Virus record (IMG/VR): IMGVR_UViG_3300032219_000626
From: an uncultured virus (IMG/VR IMGVR_UViG_3300032219_000626)
Lineage: Duplodnaviria; Heunggongvirae; Uroviricota; Caudoviricetes
Direction: 5' to 3' (one strand)
DNA: 27,516 bases
A program made the translations under genes and the position numbers. The stretch's first letter is position 1. Each line of letters starts with the position of its first letter. Positions 24,889-27,516 of this stretch are shown piece by piece. The notes beneath the pieces were generated by a model, which saw only the letters and a list, made by a program, of their open reading frames with translations, ran no database searches and was not told where the DNA came from.

Positions 24889-25308
24889 ATGGAATACTTT
24901 CTTGGCTCGTTAATTACTTTACTAATCATGTCTTACTTTGGTAAGCGTAGTGCTGAGATAATGTCTAAGCCACTTAAGACTATTCGTTTGTCACAGTCAT
25001 ATATTGACAGCATTATTGCAGACAAGATTATTAAGGAATTCTTGCCTCAGCCAAAAAAGAAAACACAGTCGCTAGAGCACACCAAAAAAGATGAAGTAAG
25101 AATAATCATAATTGAAGGTGAAGCTTACTGGATTGTTAACCAGACATTGTATACAGCTAAGATAATTAATGGTATTGTTGATAATGACACAACAAAAAAG
25201 GTTGACACAATGACCATGGATGATGTACAATTAGAGAAGACTCAATTTATCGTCCAGAAACTAACGGAAGGAAAAGGAAATGATAGTGGCTATCCACGGA
25301 AGTCGTAG
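24889..25308 (+). CDS. Hypothetical protein with an N-terminal membrane anchor (139 aa)
   Basis: MEYFLGSLITLLIMSYF hydrophobic N-terminus. Confidence 0.7.
   Translation: MEYFLGSLITLLIMSYFGKRSAEIMSKPLKTIRLSQSYIDSIIADKIIKEFLPQPKKKTQSLEHTKKDEVRIIIIEGEAYWIVNQTLYTAKIINGIVDNDTTKKVDTMTMDDVQLEKTQFIVQKLTEGKGNDSGYPRKS
25202..25231 (+). promoter_or_regulatory. Intragenic promoter (TTGACA-18-TACAAT)
   Basis: -35 at 25202-25207, -10 at 25226-25231, about 50 nt before ATG 25280. Confidence 0.5.
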
Positions 25309-25630
25309 CTTTACTGACTACAACATTTTCCTAAGAGCAATGCACACAGCATTGACACAACTCCCAGAAGACGACAAGATGATTACAATTATGTCTGCTG
25401 GTCCTGCCCAGATTAATTCATTTGGTCAGGAGTTTTCAAACATCACAGAGCGTAGCCTTAAAGCTCGTGGTATCAAAATTAAAATTGTAAAGGTTCCACC
25501 TAGTTGGATTAAAGATAATATGCATGAGATTAATTACTTTGCATATTTTAGCAAGCCAAAAGAATCTCTACCAGACCTAGTAGCCCTAGCAGATGCTAAG
25601 GATATTGAGGTTGGGGTTTATAGATTTTAA
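25280..25630 (+). CDS. SLOG-superfamily (YspA/DUF2493-like) protein
   Basis: MIVAIHGSRSFTDY N-terminal motif, IMSAG, and a compatible alpha/beta pattern. Confidence 0.55.
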   Translation: MIVAIHGSRSFTDYNIFLRAMHTALTQLPEDDKMITIMSAGPAQINSFGQEFSNITERSLKARGIKIKIVKVPPSWIKDNMHEINYFAYFSKPKESLPDLVALADAKDIEVGVYRF

Positions 25631-25656
25631 TGGTTAGTAAGAGATAAGGAGTGACG

Positions 25657-25884
25657 ATGTTAGTCGAATCACTTAATGAGATGGAAGCTATCGTAGAAAA
25701 TAACGATGCTCTATCATGGAATGGCTGGACAGTAATCGAAAGCGATTTCAAAACAGATGGATACATCAATAAGCTTGGTGCGTTTGTCAATGGCAATTGG
25801 ATTGTGCAGAAGCGTTATGAGCCAGGAGCCAGCGGTTGGGACATCCCAAAACGATTGGTGGTAAAGAATGGCTCACAAGGATGA
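25657..25884 (+). CDS. Hypothetical Trp-rich protein (75 aa)
   Basis: AAGGAG RBS before ATG 25657; LSWNGWTV...GNW...GWDIP. Confidence 0.7.
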   Translation: MLVESLNEMEAIVENNDALSWNGWTVIESDFKTDGYINKLGAFVNGNWIVQKRYEPGASGWDIPKRLVVKNGSQG

Positions 25885-26158
25885 TTGGAAAGAAGAAGCT
25901 AATTGCTTGGACTTTGACACAAACCTATTCTTTGATAAATATGAAGAAGACCTTGAGCTAAGACCAGCGATTGACGAGATGTGTTCTATGTGTCCAGTAG
26001 CTAAAACGTGTTTTGCTGTTGGTATCTCTACTAAGCAATATGGTGTTTGGGGTGGTGTCTATCTAGACGCTGGCAAAATATCCAGAGAATTTAATAGACA
26101 CAAGTCTAAAGCAGACTGGGCTAACACCTGGAAAAATCTTACGATTGAAGAGGAATAA
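25868..26158 (+). CDS. whiB: WhiB-family transcription factor
   Basis: W...ANC...LFF...CSMCPVAKTC...YGVWGG: four Fe-S cysteines plus the G[VI]WGG turn. Confidence 0.93.
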   Translation: MAHKDDWKEEANCLDFDTNLFFDKYEEDLELRPAIDEMCSMCPVAKTCFAVGISTKQYGVWGGVYLDAGKISREFNRHKSKADWANTWKNLTIEEE

Positions 26159-26161
26159 AAT

Positions 26162-26404
26162 ATGTATACATTAGAAATGAAAAGAGCGTTTCACTCAATT
26201 ACTCCACCACCTAACTTTGAGGTTCAACTATTTGAGCACAACATCGAAGGTATGTTCTTTATCGAAATTGTGGCAGATGAAAAAAAATTCATTAGACTAC
26301 TTGATGAAGAAAAGCGTGGAGCCGTAGAGTACATGGTACGAGTTAAAGACGCTCTAGAACGCAATGGAGCAATTGTACAGGTAACTAGAAAGGCAATAGA
26401 TTGA
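26162..26404 (+). CDS. Hypothetical protein (80 aa)
   Basis: GAGG RBS; MYTLEMKRAFHSITPP...VKDALERNGAIV. Confidence 0.7.
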   Translation: MYTLEMKRAFHSITPPPNFEVQLFEHNIEGMFFIEIVADEKKFIRLLDEEKRGAVEYMVRVKDALERNGAIVQVTRKAID

Positions 26405-26838
26405 TTGACATTATTATAAACAGCATTGTTTATGGACTGTTGGTATCATTTATTGGCTATCTTGGTTTTAGAAATATTTTTCTAAGACGCAAAGCTCAAG
26501 AAGCAACAACAGAAAAGTTACAGTTGCTTATTAGAATAAACATTCTTGAGACTGAGTTTAGCAAAACAATTCAAGAGATTGAAAATATGAAGCTAGAAAA
26601 GTCTGACGATTTTATCAAGTTTCTTTCTGATTCTCGTGACTGGGCATTTACATACATTGAAGATGTTCAAGCAAAGATATCTGAATTTGATAAACAGATT
26701 CAGGAAATCGCAGAGTGGAACAGAACCTATGGCTCTGTAGTTGGAGACACTCCACACAACTCTAAGATTGAAGAAATAAATTTGGCATACGACAAGATTA
26801 GAAGTCTACTGCCAGAAAACAAAACGCCTAACAACTAG
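26401..26838 (+). CDS. Membrane-anchored coiled-coil protein (145 aa)
   Basis: N-terminal TM helix, then coil and FIKFLSDSRDWAFTYIEDVQ; TTGA overlap with the upstream gene. Confidence 0.7.
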   Translation: MIDIIINSIVYGLLVSFIGYLGFRNIFLRRKAQEATTEKLQLLIRINILETEFSKTIQEIENMKLEKSDDFIKFLSDSRDWAFTYIEDVQAKISEFDKQIQEIAEWNRTYGSVVGDTPHNSKIEEINLAYDKIRSLLPENKTPNN

Positions 26839-26858
26839 GCATAAACAAGGAGAATAAA

Positions 26859-27164
26859 ATGAATAAGGCAATGATTGAATCATACTTTCGTAACCTGCTA
26901 GGTGTAGTCCTTGCATTGGTTACAACCACAATGGCAAATAAAGGTCTTGCTTCACCACTTGATTTTGGTGTAGGCGAATGGCTAACTGTTGCTAACGGTC
27001 TATGGGCTGCTGCAGTTCCAACGCTTCTTCGTTGGGTAAATGCTAAGGACCCAGCGTTTGGCAGGGTAGCAGAAGTAGTTGCTGCAGAAGTGACCAAGAA
27101 AATTGACACTGCTGTAAAGGCTGCTCCAAAAGCTCCAGCCAAGAAAGCTGCTCCAAAGAAGTAG
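26859..27164 (+). CDS. Putative holin (two TM helices) with a PAKK tail
   Basis: AAGGAG RBS; SYFRNLLGVVLALV...LWAAAVPTLLRWVNAKDPAFGR and basic tail KAAPKAPAKKAAPKK. Confidence 0.6.
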   Translation: MNKAMIESYFRNLLGVVLALVTTTMANKGLASPLDFGVGEWLTVANGLWAAAVPTLLRWVNAKDPAFGRVAEVVAAEVTKKIDTAVKAAPKAPAKKAAPKK

Positions 27165-27171
27165 TAGAAAC

Positions 27172-27209
27172 AAAAAGATAGCCAGGGTGTTTGCCCTGGC
27201 TTTTCTTTT
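27172..27209. terminator. Bidirectional intrinsic terminator
   Basis: AAAAAGAT-AGCCAGGGT-GTTT-GCCCTGGCT-TTTCTTTT between convergent genes. Confidence 0.88.
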
Positions 27210-27516
27210 ACCCTATGATAGATAAGTATTTATCTTTTAAAACATCTGGTGAAAATGTGTTGTATCCCAAATTAAATGCTTTTTGTTTTTCTTCAGCAAT
27301 GTCATATTCGTTAACAAACTTATCAACAAGCTCTGCAAGTTTTTGTGGGTCAGCCTCATATAAATCCACAAGCCCCTTAAAGTTTACCTCCCCAATCTTT
27401 GAAGCTTCTACAAGCCACTCAGAAGGCAGTATGTCATTATTTGGAGACACATCAGTCATAATGACTGGCAGACCACTAAGTAGTGCTTCATTCATTGGCA
27501 AACACAATCCACCATA
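27208..27516 (-). CDS. Glycosyltransferase (GT-B/GT4-like), C-terminal part; 5' end outside the window
   Basis: Frame is open to the window edge: YGGLCLPMNEALLSGLPVIMTDVSPN resembles the GT4 G.P..EA...G.PVI.TD motif. Confidence 0.8.
   Translation of the reverse strand, partial: YGGLCLPMNEALLSGLPVIMTDVSPNNDILPSEWLVEASKIGEVNFKGLVDLYEADPQKLAELVDKFVNEYDIAEEKQKAFNLGYNTFSPDVLKDKYLSIIG

Noticed and set aside
513..27142. Minus-strand and alternate-frame ORFs in the track (e.g. 16061-16600, 17060-17518, 21782-22510, 13673-14149, 26828-27142)
   Set aside because: They overlap well-supported + strand genes, show no recognisable motifs or RBS, and look like antisense or frame shadows.
1..27516. Stop-codon reassignment or suppressor tRNA
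   Set aside because: Genes are full-length in the standard code, TAA, TAG and TGA all end genes, and the three tRNAs have sense anticodons.

Overview
A 27.5 kb segment of a large, AT-rich dsDNA tailed phage. A WhiB gene, FmdB-type zinc ribbons and apparent leaderless promoters point to an actinobacterial host; the low GC suggests a low-GC freshwater lineage (inference). Nearly all genes are on the + strand, in this order: (i) end of a tail/baseplate module (1-4970); (ii) replication/recombination module with an HTH protein, DnaB helicase, an inserted endonuclease VII-like gene, DnaG primase, gp32-like SSB, DnaE polymerase, MazG-like pyrophosphatase, RecA, a PD-(D/E)xK resolvase, a Cas4-like exonuclease and RuvC (4980-16709); (iii) small genes plus small and large terminase (16714-19689); (iv) an accessory region with a secreted, membrane-anchored coiled-coil/PA14 protein and two small membrane proteins, a cupin, three tRNAs (Asn, Asp, Thr), an M23 peptidase, a SLOG protein, WhiB and a holin-like gene (19697-27164); (v) a bidirectional terminator and the 3' end of a convergent glycosyltransferase. 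Signals not in the ORF track: a probable AUA-initiated lectin-on-a-stalk surface-display cassette; a consensus promoter buried in a long hairpin that also hides the next RBS; an H-type pseudoknot between ssb and dnaE; a zinc-finger micro-ORF wedged between two tRNAs; three further small ORFs; and many sigmaA-type promoters, several leaderless or built into upstream stop codons. All protein calls rest on motif recognition by eye, not on database searches.
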